Origin: an uncultured Clostridia bacterium
GTDB lineage: Bacteria; Bacillota; Clostridia; Christensenellales; UBA1242
Direction of reading: 5' to 3'
NCBI GenBank assembly: GCA_944362965.1
Contig: CALVTR010000001.1
Location: 90,529-154,528 of the forward strand
DNA: 64,000 bases
Part shown: one piece after another, positions 10,436 through 19,979 of the stretch
How the letters are laid out: each line of letters opens with the position of its first letter
How positions within the stretch are numbered: position 1 is the stretch's first letter
Program-made: the position numbers and the translations under genes
The notes under the pieces: generated by a model
The model's input: only the letters and a program-made list of their open reading frames with translations
Told to the model about the DNA's origin: nothing
Database searches by the model: none

Positions 10436-10539
10436 GAGAAGGCATAAAGGCTGATAAGCCTTTCAGAAGGCAAAAGCTTTTGCCTTGTTGTGCATTTTGG
10501 AAAAATGCACGTGCCTTCTCACACTCGCGGCGAAGCCGC
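10436..10539 (-). promoter_or_regulatory. structured 5' leader of locus 1 (four-way junction plus GC hairpin)
   Basis: Outer stem GAGAAGGCA/TGCCTTCTC (10436-10444 / 10512-10520) encloses three hairpins at 10446-10463, 10467-10486 and 10490-10510. A GCGGC-GAA-GCCGC hairpin follows at 10527-10539. Confidence 0.55.
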
Positions 10540-10581
10540 TCGCTCGCGATAGCCGCTTGACGCGTCTATCTTTATGCTATT

Positions 10582-10609
10582 AGTATACCCCCCCCGCAAC
10601 CCACGTCAA
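10582..10609 (-). promoter_or_regulatory. promoter P1 with a G8 tract in the spacer
   Basis: Minus strand reads TTGACG (10604-10609), TGGGTTGC, G8 (10588-10595), then TATACT (10582-10587), giving a 16-nt spacer. An A/T-rich UP-like region lies upstream. Confidence 0.65.
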
Positions 10610-10707
10610 GCAAATTTAACAAATTTTTTAAATTTTTTTGAAAAATTTTGTGCCTTAGGCACTTTTTATCGTGTGACTTGTCTATAATGCCGAGTTTATC
10701 TGTTCCA

Positions 10708-10826
10708 AGAGAGCGGTGATAAAGTTTATTTTTGAAACAACCTAATCTGACAATCGTCAAACATTTGGTTTGCGGACAGTGATGCAAACTAAGTTTGCCG
10801 GATAGTCGTCGAACATTTGGTTCGGT
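10708..10826 (-). repeat. copy of the hairpin-repeat family, inverted relative to the 21.4-21.8 kb array
   Basis: 10774-10821 matches the reverse complement of 21494-21541 at about 45/48 nt. Contains two AAAC/GAAC-CAAAT-GTTT/GTTC-GACG hairpin units. Confidence 0.7.
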
Positions 10827-10874
10827 GGCTTAGCCACTTTTTATCGACAAGTGTATCTATAACAAAGCATTTTT

Positions 10875-10900
10875 AAAAAAAGCAGGCTTTGGAAACCTGC
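10875..10900 (-). terminator. probable sigG terminator
   Basis: Minus strand reads GCAGG...CCTGC hairpin followed by T7. Confidence 0.5.
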
Positions 10901-10933
10901 AAATCTAATTAGAAATTATAAAATCACACAAAT

Positions 10934-11704
10934 TTACACTAAAAACTCTTTGATGATTTTTAGGGCGTTCTTTTCAAGGCGGGAAACTTGGGCTTGGCTT
11001 ATGCCTATCTCTTCACTGACTTCGGTTTGCGTCTTGCCAATGTAATAGCGCATAAGCAAAATTTCCTTCTCTTTTTCTGGCAACACTTTGATTGCGTCCT
11101 TGATTGATATGTTTTCATAAAGATGCTCATCAGTGTTCTTCGTGTCAGCTATCTGGTCAAGCAGTTCTATAGTTTCAGTTCCGTCACTGTATATAGGGTC
11201 GCTGAGAGACACTGTATCGCTTATAGCGTCAAGTGCAAAGGTGACAGTCTTGAGCGGAACGTCAATCTCTTTTGCAATTTCTTCTAGCGTAGGCTCTTCA
11301 ACCGATTTTTTCATCAATCTTTCCTTAGCCTGCAATGCCTTATAAGCAATATCACGCATAGAACGAGAGACACGCACTGAATTGTTGTCACGAAGATAGC
11401 GTTTAATCTCACCTATAATCATAGGCACGGCATAGGTTGAAAACTTGACGTTCAAGTTTTCATCAAAATTATCGATAGCCTTCATAAGCCCAACGCAGCC
11501 AACTTGAAACATATCGTCAGCCTTTTCGCCTTTGCTGCCAAACCTATGAACAACAGACAGCACCAGTCTTAAATTTGCAACTATAAAGTAGTCGCGAGCT
11601 TTTTCATCACCCGCCTTAATCTTTTTTATAAACTCAAGCATATCTTCGTTTGTAAGTTTTGGCAATTTGTTTGTGTCAACCCCTGAAATACTGACTTTAG
11701 ACAT
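10934..11704 (-). CDS. sigG: sporulation sigma factor SigG
   Basis: ISGVDTNKLP, NLRLVLSVVHRF, KFSTYAVPMIIGEIKRYLRDN and VRVSRSMRDIAYKALQ closely match SigG. It follows sigE as in Bacilli and Clostridia. The start is taken at MSKVSISG after AAAGGGAG. Confidence 0.9.
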   Translation of the reverse strand: MSKVSISGVDTNKLPKLTNEDMLEFIKKIKAGDEKARDYFIVANLRLVLSVVHRFGSKGEKADDMFQVGCVGLMKAIDNFDENLNVKFSTYAVPMIIGEIKRYLRDNNSVRVSRSMRDIAYKALQAKERLMKKSVEEPTLEEIAKEIDVPLKTVTFALDAISDTVSLSDPIYSDGTETIELLDQIADTKNTDEHLYENISIKDAIKVLPEKEKEILLMRYYIGKTQTEVSEEIGISQAQVSRLEKNALKIIKEFLV

Positions 11705-12034
11705 ACCCCTGCTCCCTTTAAGGTATATCTTTTGCAAACAAAATAAAAAGTATACAAGGTCGACAAAAAATTATAAAAAAATTAAATAAATTAAATTAAA
11801 AATCAATATTTAAATAAATATTTAAATATAAAATTATAAAAATTTAAAAATAATTAAATAATTAAATAAAAACAATATAGAAACTTATAAAAAAATTAAA
11901 AAAATCAATAAAATAAAATTAAAAATTGAAATAATTATAAAAATTTATAAAAATTAAATAAAAAAACAATAATTATTTATTTTTTAAATATTATTGCTTT
12001 TTTAAATTATTTTTAATTATTATTTTTATTTATT

Positions 12035-12760
12035 TTAAGATAATCTTTCTATTTCTTCTTTCATATCATTTAAAATTCTTTTTTCTAGGCGAGAAATATA
12101 GCTTTGACTTATTCCAAGTTTTAAGGCAACTTCTCTTTGCGTCAGTTCTTGATGCCCCATAAGTCCATAGCGGAGAATCATTATCTCGCGTTCACGATGA
12201 TTGAGTTTGCCAATAAGCTCGTTTATTATCTGCTTATCGGCAGGCTCGTCCACCGCCTGCGTTATAACATCATCTTCACCCGGCAAGATATCTGCAAGCA
12301 CAAGTTGATTGCCATCACTATCTTCACAAAGCGGTTTGTCAAGGCTTATATCATTCTTTATCTTAGACGTTTTTCTGATTTGCATAAGAATTTCATTCTC
12401 TATACAACGCGACGCATAGGTTGCAAGCCTGATATTCTTATCAACCTTAAAAGTTCTAACTGCTTTGATAAGCCCTATTGCACCTATTGAAATCAAATCT
12501 TCAAACTCGATGCCCGTATTTTCAAACTTCTTTGCAATATAGGCAACAAGTCTTAGGTTGTGTTCTATAAGCTTTTCGGTGGCAGTCATATCACCGCTTT
12601 CTTTTAGGATGAGAAGTCTGTTTTCTTCGTCCGGTTCAAGTGGTGGCAAAAACTCATCATTTCCACAGACATAGCACACAATATTCTTTACATTTAAAAG
12701 ATTGTGCTTATGAAACAAATTATAGACAAAAAGTTTTATTTTAAAGATAAGATTTTTCAT
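12035..12760 (-). CDS. sigE: sporulation sigma factor SigE (pro-sigmaE)
   Basis: A pro-sequence followed by YVCGNDEFLPPL, HNLRLVAYIAKKFENTGIEFEDLISIGAIGLIKAV and ATYASRCIENEILM. Confidence 0.92.
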   Translation of the reverse strand: MKNLIFKIKLFVYNLFHKHNLLNVKNIVCYVCGNDEFLPPLEPDEENRLLILKESGDMTATEKLIEHNLRLVAYIAKKFENTGIEFEDLISIGAIGLIKAVRTFKVDKNIRLATYASRCIENEILMQIRKTSKIKNDISLDKPLCEDSDGNQLVLADILPGEDDVITQAVDEPADKQIINELIGKLNHREREIMILRYGLMGHQELTQREVALKLGISQSYISRLEKRILNDMKEEIERLS

Positions 12761-12768
12761 ATAACCCC

Positions 12769-13569
12769 CTATATAAGTGCTTGATTTAAAAGCACACGTT
12801 TCCCAAAACTCTTGTCAAAGCCTGAAAAGGACAGCCCAAGAGCCACATCCTTATAGCATTTGTCTTTGCCAACATGCACTTCATCCACTCTGAACACCAA
12901 AATGCTGCTGCTTGAGCCGACGCCTTTTATTTGAACAAAGTGCCCGTCTTTTATTGCGTTTTTATCATAATTTTTTGTGACAGCATTTATATAATTTATA
13001 TTAGAGTAGAGCTTGTGAAATACATCAAAAGTCACAAGAATAATAGGTTTTTTTGTAAGAGTATCGTAAAGCACGTTGCCGCTGTCAAGATAGCCTTCTT
13101 CATAAAAAGTTTTGCCATTATCAACAAGTGTGACTTGATATGTAAACTTTTCTATCATACTTTTTCTCTGCTGAACCTTGACAATAATTTTTGTTATTAT
13201 ATAAATAACCATCACAACGATTGCCACAACAAAAAGCGGAAAACTTCCTATGAGATTTGAAAGCGCATAGCACGCCCCACCAAAAAGAAAGGTTGAGGCA
13301 AATAGCGAGCAAAAATAAATCAAAAATTTTTTGAAAGATTTAACCTGAAAAGATATACAAACCATAAGAGAACACATTGCAAGCGTAATCACGATTTTTA
13401 ACGCCCAACTTAAATTATAAAGTGGCAAGATAATGGCAACGATGCTCCCTATCAATGCAGATATCATCCAAAGTCTTGGCGGCTCTTTCAATAAAAGCCC
13501 AGTCAATTTTAATATTAATGAATTTACAAAAAAGTTTATTACAAAAGAATATTCTATAATAATTTCCAT
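12769..13569 (-). CDS. spoIIGA: sigma-E processing aspartic peptidase SpoIIGA
   Basis: Polytopic N-terminus and the C-terminal GYLDSGNVLYDTLTKKPI motif (DSGN). Positioned upstream of sigE. The start is taken at MEIIIEY (13569); the ORF extends to 13680. Confidence 0.85.
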   Translation of the reverse strand: MEIIIEYSFVINFFVNSLILKLTGLLLKEPPRLWMISALIGSIVAIILPLYNLSWALKIVITLAMCSLMVCISFQVKSFKKFLIYFCSLFASTFLFGGACYALSNLIGSFPLFVVAIVVMVIYIITKIIVKVQQRKSMIEKFTYQVTLVDNGKTFYEEGYLDSGNVLYDTLTKKPIILVTFDVFHKLYSNINYINAVTKNYDKNAIKDGHFVQIKGVGSSSSILVFRVDEVHVGKDKCYKDVALGLSFSGFDKSFGKRVLLNQALI

Positions 13570-13707
13570 TTTTGCCTCGCTTGAAAAAATTATAAAATAA
13601 ACTTTTAAAAATAAATAAATAAAATATTTTATAAATTTGTTGAAATTTTGATTTTTTAAATAAAAAAAGACGACTTGCAATTTGTCGCCTTTTTATGTAT
13701 TATTTAA

Positions 13708-14910
13708 TTATTTTTTATTTCTTCTTAATTTTTCAATCCATGGTGGAACGTTTGTTGATTTTACGTCAACTCTTGAAGAAGAAAGGTCATCATGACGCTC
13801 AAGCGAAACATTTGGTTTTGCTTCTTCCATTTCTCTTTCCTTTTGAACATAGTTTGAGAACATGCTGCGAGTGTCATATTTAGCTTTAGCCTGCCCCATA
13901 TTGCCTATAGAACGAGCACTTTCCATCTCCTTCTTTCTCTCATCTTCCTTAGCTTTTTCGTCATTTGCATTTTTAAAGCCTGTGGCAATAAGAGTGATTT
14001 CAACTTCATCATGCATATTATCGTCAATGCAAGTTCCAACAATGATATTGCACCCTTCGTCAGCAACTTCTCGAACAAGTGCAGCAGACTCACTGACATC
14101 GTCTTGAGTTAAATCGCCACCACCTTTGATATTGATAAGCACACCTGTTGCTCCTTCAATCGTTGTTTCAAGAAGTGGGCTGGCAACTGCCTGTTTAACG
14201 GCATCAAGAGCTTTGCTGTCGCCTGTGCCATAACCTATACCCATGTGTGCAAGACCTTTGTCTTTCATAACTGTTGTTACATCGGCAAAGTCAAGGTTGA
14301 TAAGACCTGGATATGCAATAAGGTCTGAAATTCCCTGAACACCTTGTCTTAGCACGTCGTCAGCAAATCTAAAGGAATCTTTGATAGGCGTCTTCTTAGG
14401 CATTATTTCAATCAATTTTTGATTTGGTATAACAACAAGAGCATCGACATATTTTCTTAATTTCTCAAGCCCTTCTTCAGCATTGTTCGCCCTAACCTTT
14501 CCTTCAAAATCAAATGGCTTTGTTACTACTGCAATGGTTAAAATACCAAGCTCTTTTGCAATTTGTGCAATAACAGGAGCAGCACCTGTTCCTGTTCCGC
14601 CACCCATACCTGCTGTGATAAATAAAAGGTTTGTGCCCTTCAACATTTCAGTGATAGAGGTCTTGCTTTCTTCTGCAGCCTTTTGTCCTATTTCTGGCTT
14701 TGCCCCCGCACCTTGTCCATCTGTAAGGCGTTCCCCTATTTGAAGTCTTGTTTCAGCCTTGCTGATAAGAAGTGCCTGTTGGTCTGTGTTGACAGCGATA
14801 AACTCAGCAGAGCTTACCCCAGCTTCAATCATGCGGTTCACAGCGTTGTTTCCACCGCCACCTACACCAATAACTTTAATCTTTGTGACAGAAGTTGCTA
14901 AATTATCCAT
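13708..14910 (-). CDS. ftsZ: cell division GTPase FtsZ
   Basis: [13 protein letters not shown] and the tubulin signature [11 protein letters not shown]. Confidence 0.98.
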   Translation of the reverse strand: MDNLATSVTKIKVIGVGGGGNNAVNRMIEAGVSSAEFIAVNTDQQALLISKAETRLQIGERLTDGQGAGAKPEIGQKAAEESKTSITEMLKGTNLLFITAGMGGGTGTGAAPVIAQIAKELGILTIAVVTKPFDFEGKVRANNAEEGLEKLRKYVDALVVIPNQKLIEIMPKKTPIKDSFRFADDVLRQGVQGISDLIAYPGLINLDFADVTTVMKDKGLAHMGIGYGTGDSKALDAVKQAVASPLLETTIEGATGVLINIKGGGDLTQDDVSESAALVREVADEGCNIIVGTCIDDNMHDEVEITLIATGFKNANDEKAKEDERKKEMESARSIGNMGQAKAKYDTRSMFSNYVQKEREMEEAKPNVSLERHDDLSSSRVDVKSTNVPPWIEKLRRNKK

Positions 14911-15189
14911 AATTTTCTCCTTAAACTCCCCTTTTTCTAGAGATTTGTTTATATTTAAAAAGCCTTACTTTGGCTTTTAAATATCACTTATGCATATTGT
15001 AATACATTTTGAATAAATTTGCAATCAAATCTATAAAAATTTTTAAAATTTTGCTAAAAACCACTTTTTCAAGTTAAATCATGCATAATTATTCATTTCT
15101 ATTATAACAAACTTTTTGCAAATATCAAGAGTTTTTTCAAAGATTTTTTATAAACTTTTTTTAAATGTCTTATCTTGCAGACTATAAAA

Positions 15190-16314
15190 TTATTGATTAA
15201 GCTCTAGTGCACTGTTTGTAAGTGACAAAATAGACGCAAGCTCGGGCTTATCTTTGCCCGGAAGTGGTGGAAGTCCATAACTTACATTGCGGCCGAGACA
15301 CTTGCCAAGATAATCTCGTCCGCCTTTTATCTTGCTAATTCCTGCACCTGTCAGATATACAGGAAGATAGGATAGAAATTCTTTTGTATTCATTTGAACA
15401 CACTTTGATATAACCTGAGCTATCTCTTCAATGCGATAGCCAACAACTTCGTTTGCACTGTTGAGCGGAATCTTGATAACCTTGCCAACGTCTGCGGTGA
15501 GCTCATAGAAGTCACTTTGCTTGCCCTTAACTGACAGCACTATCAGTCTTTTTAGTTTGTCCGCCTCATTTATTGAAATATCAAAGGCATCTGCAAGGTC
15601 ATTGGTTATAAAACCGCCACCACGTGAAAAACTTGTGAGTGCGTAAAGTCCGTCGCCTTTGACAAAGGATATACTTGAAGTCAAATCACCAACGTCTATC
15701 AAAAGCGCAAGGTCTTCCCGTCTTTCTTTAGGTATAATAAAAAGTGCTTGGGCAAGCGGCTCTGAAATATATTCAACACTTGAATAGTCAAGACCTGCAA
15801 CTATTGTGTTGAACATTTCTATAAACTTTTTATCCGCATATATTATAGACAGGTTTGCAGTGATAGAAAGTGCATTTTCCCCAATGGGCTCTAGCGTAAC
15901 CCTGCCATCATCTATTATATAGGATATAGGATTTACTGAAACAACTTCAACTGAGCTATCCTTTGCCTTCTCACTTGCCATATAGAAAAGAGAATCTATG
16001 TCCGCTTGTTTAATCTTTCGTCTTGTGCCAAAATTGATAGAAACTTCGCTGCGTTTAACTGATGAAAATTCTGCAGGCACGCCTATATAAATCTTATCGA
16101 GTTCGCGTGACCTTGAAACGTCTAGCTCTGATGTGAGCTGCTCGAAAAGCGGAGAGATTTTTTCTGGTCTTATAAACTCCCCTTGATAGAATCCGTCATA
16201 CTCATATTCCTTAAAGCCTTTTATATTAAATGTGTTGTTAAGCCCCCTTCCTGCATAAATTGCACGAAGTTTTAACGAGCCAATATCAATTACCAAACAA
16301 AAATCATCTTTCAT
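15190..16314 (-). CDS. ftsA: cell division protein FtsA (actin-like ATPase)
   Basis: N-terminal VIDIGSLKLR phosphate-1 motif and LIDVGDLTSS. Position upstream of ftsZ. Confidence 0.8.
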   Translation of the reverse strand: MKDDFCLVIDIGSLKLRAIYAGRGLNNTFNIKGFKEYEYDGFYQGEFIRPEKISPLFEQLTSELDVSRSRELDKIYIGVPAEFSSVKRSEVSINFGTRRKIKQADIDSLFYMASEKAKDSSVEVVSVNPISYIIDDGRVTLEPIGENALSITANLSIIYADKKFIEMFNTIVAGLDYSSVEYISEPLAQALFIIPKERREDLALLIDVGDLTSSISFVKGDGLYALTSFSRGGGFITNDLADAFDISINEADKLKRLIVLSVKGKQSDFYELTADVGKVIKIPLNSANEVVGYRIEEIAQVISKCVQMNTKEFLSYLPVYLTGAGISKIKGGRDYLGKCLGRNVSYGLPPLPGKDKPELASILSLTNSALELNQ

Positions 16315-16505
16315 CTTTCACCCGCAAAAATCTTTATAAAAATTGTAACGCAAAAATGCTTGATTGTCAAGCAGCTTAATCTATTATAATGCTTCTTTCG
16401 ACAAAAAAATCTTGATAAAAGATAATAAATCCCACAAAATGCTATTTGGTTTGACTTAAAATGAATAAAGTGATATAATGGCATAGCTAATAGTTAGGAG
16501 GAATA

Positions 16506-17579
16506 ATGAGATCACTTGAAAAGTGTGTTGAAGATATTATAAACTCAAAAAACATAGCTATTTTTTGTCACACAGCTCCTGATGCCGACACTCTAGCATC
16601 TGCAGTTGCTCTCAAAAAGATTATAAAACAAAATATAGATATAGAGACAAACCCAAAACAGATTGACATATTTGTTGATGCCGAAGAGATTGGTGATATA
16701 AACCAAGCTATTATTAAGGGTGTTAACATAAACCAGCAAACGGTAGAAAAGTATGACCTTGCCATAAGCGTTGATGCTGCGTCTTTATCAAGGCTTGGCA
16801 AGTGGCAAGAGCTTTTTACAAGCACTATAAACACCATAAATATCGACCACCACCAAAGTAACACACAATTTGCAAAGAATAATCTCGTGCTTAAAACTTC
16901 GTCAACTTGCGAGGCAATATATATGCTTTCAAAGATAAAAAATCTCACCATGTCGGACGACGTTTTAAATCTTTTATATTCTGGTATAATAACCGATACG
17001 AACAACTTGACGCAGGGCGTGATAACCGTCAACACCCATAAGGTTATAGCTGAAATGATGCTACGACATATTAATATAGATGCACTAAAAACTCACTTTT
17101 TCCAAAATAACCCTAAGTCAAAGGCTTATCTTCTTCAAAAGGCACTTGGCTCTCTTAGATTTTTAGCATCTGACCGAATAGCCTTTATGAAAATCACTAA
17201 GCAAGACTTGCAAGATGCTGAGGCTTCTTTTGATGACAGCGTTGGCATTGTCAATCACGGCATCGATATTAAGGGAGTTGACATCGCAATACTTGCAATC
17301 AAACAGGAAGACAATTCATATTATGTCAGTCTGCGTGGCAAGAATGGAATTGACGTAAGCCGTATTGCAAAAGAATTTGGTGGCGGCGGACATGACAGTA
17401 TGGCAGCATTTCAATATAACGGACTTTTAACTGAGCTTAATCCACTTCTTACTAAAGCATGCAAGGAAGAGCTTGCACTGCACCCAAGAGAAGAGCTTGG
17501 CGAAAACTTATTCTTTGGCGATGATGACGAAATTAGCAATGATAAAAAAGAAGAAAACAATAGTGAAAATGATAAATAA
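16506..17579 (+). CDS. nrnA: DHH/DHHA1 phosphoesterase (NrnA-like oligoribonuclease/pAp phosphatase)
   Basis: HTAPDADTLAS, NIDHHQSN and GGGGHDSMAAF motifs. Acidic C-terminal tail. Confidence 0.8.
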   Translation: MRSLEKCVEDIINSKNIAIFCHTAPDADTLASAVALKKIIKQNIDIETNPKQIDIFVDAEEIGDINQAIIKGVNINQQTVEKYDLAISVDAASLSRLGKWQELFTSTINTINIDHHQSNTQFAKNNLVLKTSSTCEAIYMLSKIKNLTMSDDVLNLLYSGIITDTNNLTQGVITVNTHKVIAEMMLRHINIDALKTHFFQNNPKSKAYLLQKALGSLRFLASDRIAFMKITKQDLQDAEASFDDSVGIVNHGIDIKGVDIAILAIKQEDNSYYVSLRGKNGIDVSRIAKEFGGGGHDSMAAFQYNGLLTELNPLLTKACKEELALHPREELGENLFFGDDDEISNDKKEENNSENDK

Positions 17580-17614
17580 ACTATAAATTATTAATCTAAT
17601 AAAAACTTATTATT

Positions 17615-17645
17615 AAAAAAATCGCGAAAAATTCGCGATTTTTCT
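17615..17645. terminator. bidirectional terminator
   Basis: ATCGCGAA-AAA-TTCGCGAT hairpin flanked by an A-run and a T-run. Confidence 0.75.
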
Positions 17646-17713
17646 TTGTTTTTTCTTAAATTTTCTTTAATTTTCTCATATTTTAATTAAAATTATATTT
17701 ATTTTATTTTTTA

Positions 17714-18574
17714 TTAAATTGTTGCAGGAATTATATCAAAATAACAATCTTCCTGCCCATGCTCTCTATAGTCATAATAGTTTTTTATCACAATGGTGGC
17801 GGTTTTAAGATTATCTTCTGTTAAAACCACATCTTCGCCGCTGACCTTTATAGTCTGCCCAATATATGTGTATATCTGCGAAAAGACATCAAGCATAAGT
17901 TCTACTTTATAGGTAAGCCCATAGGTTGAATTATATATAATATAGGTTTGTCCATTAAAAAACTTAAGTTCTATTGCGCTTTGATTTGTTTGCAGCACGT
18001 CGTCATAAATTTCAGTCAAATTGATGCTTTCAATAAGCGTTATTTGCTCGCTAAGTGGTCTATTGTTTTCAAAAAGGGCATCATATATTGGTTGATAGCC
18101 ACTCACGTTCATAAACTGCCCGACCGCATAGTTTTCGTCCGCCACTTGCAAACCTTCAAGGAGTATAGCGTTGGTTTGGTCTGAAATATAGCTATCTGTT
18201 ATTTTCAGCACCTTAAACTCATCATCTGTGATATAGAATTGGTCGTTGTGCTCTATTGCAAAGATTTCCTGCCTTTCGGCAACATGAATAACAAATTTTG
18301 ACGGAAAAACTGTCTCAATATTGATAACCTTTATATATGGATTTTTGCTCTCGATTTTTTCTATATATTTATTTTTATTGCAGAAGAACACCGAACCGCC
18401 CATTTTTATCTCTCCGCTTTCAATAATCTCTTCGTCAGTTGCAGTGATATAGGTCTTATTTGTTCGATAGTCAAGCTCAATCGTTCTAAGTGAAAACAAA
18501 GTAAAAGATAGTATCACAAAGATTACTATCACGGCGACAATGGCACTAAGAGCAATTATCCACTTTTTTTTCAC
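17714..18574 (-). CDS. ftsQ: FtsQ/DivIB-type cell division protein
   Basis: A single N-terminal TM helix followed by a POTRA-like region. Lies between murA and ftsA. Confidence 0.6.
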   Translation of the reverse strand: MKKKWIIALSAIVAVIVIFVILSFTLFSLRTIELDYRTNKTYITATDEEIIESGEIKMGGSVFFCNKNKYIEKIESKNPYIKVINIETVFPSKFVIHVAERQEIFAIEHNDQFYITDDEFKVLKITDSYISDQTNAILLEGLQVADENYAVGQFMNVSGYQPIYDALFENNRPLSEQITLIESINLTEIYDDVLQTNQSAIELKFFNGQTYIIYNSTYGLTYKVELMLDVFSQIYTYIGQTIKVSGEDVVLTEDNLKTATIVIKNYYDYREHGQEDCYFDIIPATI

Positions 18575-19841
18575 ATTTTATCCTTTTAACGTGTGCACCA
18601 AGTGAAGAGAGCTTATCTTCTAAATGGAAATAGCCACGATCTATAAGCTCAACATTATTTATCGTTGTATACCCTTCAGCAACAAGCCCTGCCAGTGTGA
18701 GAGCCGCCCCACCGCGAAGGTCAGGCACATTTACTTCTGCACCATATATTTTTTCCTTTCCTTTAACGATACATACCCCATTTTTGCATCTTATATCACA
18801 CCCCATTTTGAGAAGCTCTCCAATATGCTTAAAACGGGCTTCAAAAAGGTTTTCAATTATAAGGCTGTAGCCATCACTTATCGACGCAAGGGCAAACATA
18901 GGTGCTTGCAAGTCGGTTGGAAAGCCCGGATATACCGCAGTTTCCACTTCGCCAAAAGAAAGCGGACGGCGAGTTCTGCTTATTATTATTCTATCATCAT
19001 CGCAAATTAAATTGCAAACGGTTTTTGAAAGTTTTGCAAGCAGCTCTTGATTATGCTCTTGATTAACGTTTTTAACGACAAGCTCTTTCCCGCACATAGC
19101 ACCAGCAATCAAAAATGTCCCCGCTTCTATTCTGTCACTTATCGCCTGATACTCACAGCCATGCAGTTTTTTCACGCCCTTTATTGTTATAAGGTTGCTT
19201 CCCGCACCTGTTATCTTTGCCCCGCAAGAATTTAGGAAGTTTTGAAGGTCAACAATCTCAGGCTCTCTTGCGGGGTTAAAAATACGGCTCTCGCCTTCTG
19301 TAAGAGTGGCAAGCATCATAATATTTTCAGTCGCACCCACACTTGGGAAGGACAGCATAACATCACCAGACCTTAGCTTGCTTCCGTCTGCATATATGTA
19401 GCCATTTTTGTCAACAACCTTGCACCCCATCTGCTTAAGCCCGCTTAAGTGTATATCAATCGGTCTAAGCCCAATGTCGCACCCGCCCGGATATGAGACC
19501 TTTGCAATCTTTTTACGCCCGAGTATTGAGCCAAGCGTAAAGATAGAAGAGCGAACCTTGCAGGCAAGTTCATTTGGCACATCGCTATAGATTATATCTC
19601 GGCAATCTATGTAAAGGTCTTGATTTGCAAATTTCCCTTGAGTAAACTTAGTTTTCCCGCCAAGATGCTCAAGTATCATGCACATATAGAGAACATCACT
19701 ATACTTCGGCACATTTTCAAGCAAGATTTCGCCGTCAACCAATATGCAACCTGCCAAGATTGGAAGAAGTGAATTTTTTGCCGTGTCAATTTCAACTTCC
19801 CCTTCAAGTGAGCTTCCGCCCACAATATAAAAACTTTCCAT
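18546..19841 (-). CDS. murA: UDP-N-acetylglucosamine 1-carboxyvinyltransferase MurA
   Basis: Full-length EPSP-synthase-fold protein with the catalytic loop PGGCDIGLRPID. Confidence 0.93.
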   Translation of the reverse strand: MESFYIVGGSSLEGEVEIDTAKNSLLPILAGCILVDGEILLENVPKYSDVLYMCMILEHLGGKTKFTQGKFANQDLYIDCRDIIYSDVPNELACKVRSSIFTLGSILGRKKIAKVSYPGGCDIGLRPIDIHLSGLKQMGCKVVDKNGYIYADGSKLRSGDVMLSFPSVGATENIMMLATLTEGESRIFNPAREPEIVDLQNFLNSCGAKITGAGSNLITIKGVKKLHGCEYQAISDRIEAGTFLIAGAMCGKELVVKNVNQEHNQELLAKLSKTVCNLICDDDRIIISRTRRPLSFGEVETAVYPGFPTDLQAPMFALASISDGYSLIIENLFEARFKHIGELLKMGCDIRCKNGVCIVKGKEKIYGAEVNVPDLRGGAALTLAGLVAEGYTTINNVELIDRGYFHLEDKLSSLGAHVKRIKCEKKVDNCS

Positions 19842-19979
19842 ATAAGAGTATATGCCAAGACAAAAAAGAATGATAAAAATAAATAATTTTTAAAACAATC
19901 ACCATTCACTAACAAAAAATCCCATGTCTAAACATGAGATTTTGTTAGCTTTTATTTTGTAGTTTTAATAATCATATTT

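Noticed and set aside
10396-10473. A 26-codon N-terminal extension of the LRR ORF (MPSERLISLYAFSLRR...), plus ORFs 10572-10787 and 21652-21946.
   Set aside because: They run through the conserved promoter, leader and repeat DNA. The real start is marked by AAGGAGAG plus ATG, and MSLK(V/L)KL is conserved in all three paralogs. The apparent peptide similarity between loci only reflects DNA repeat identity.
10436-10539. The leader as a known riboswitch, for example the c-di-GMP classes common upstream of clostridial adhesins, or a T-box.
   Set aside because: I could not find any conserved core of those classes (no GEMM-type tetraloop/receptor segments and no T-box sequence). The stems are long, perfect and AT-rich, unlike known aptamers. 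It is therefore reported as an unclassified structure.
11738-12034. The AT-only block as a replication origin.
   Set aside because: A TTATCCACA-type DnaA box cannot occur in a stretch almost devoid of G/C. Similar blocks recur at several operon boundaries.
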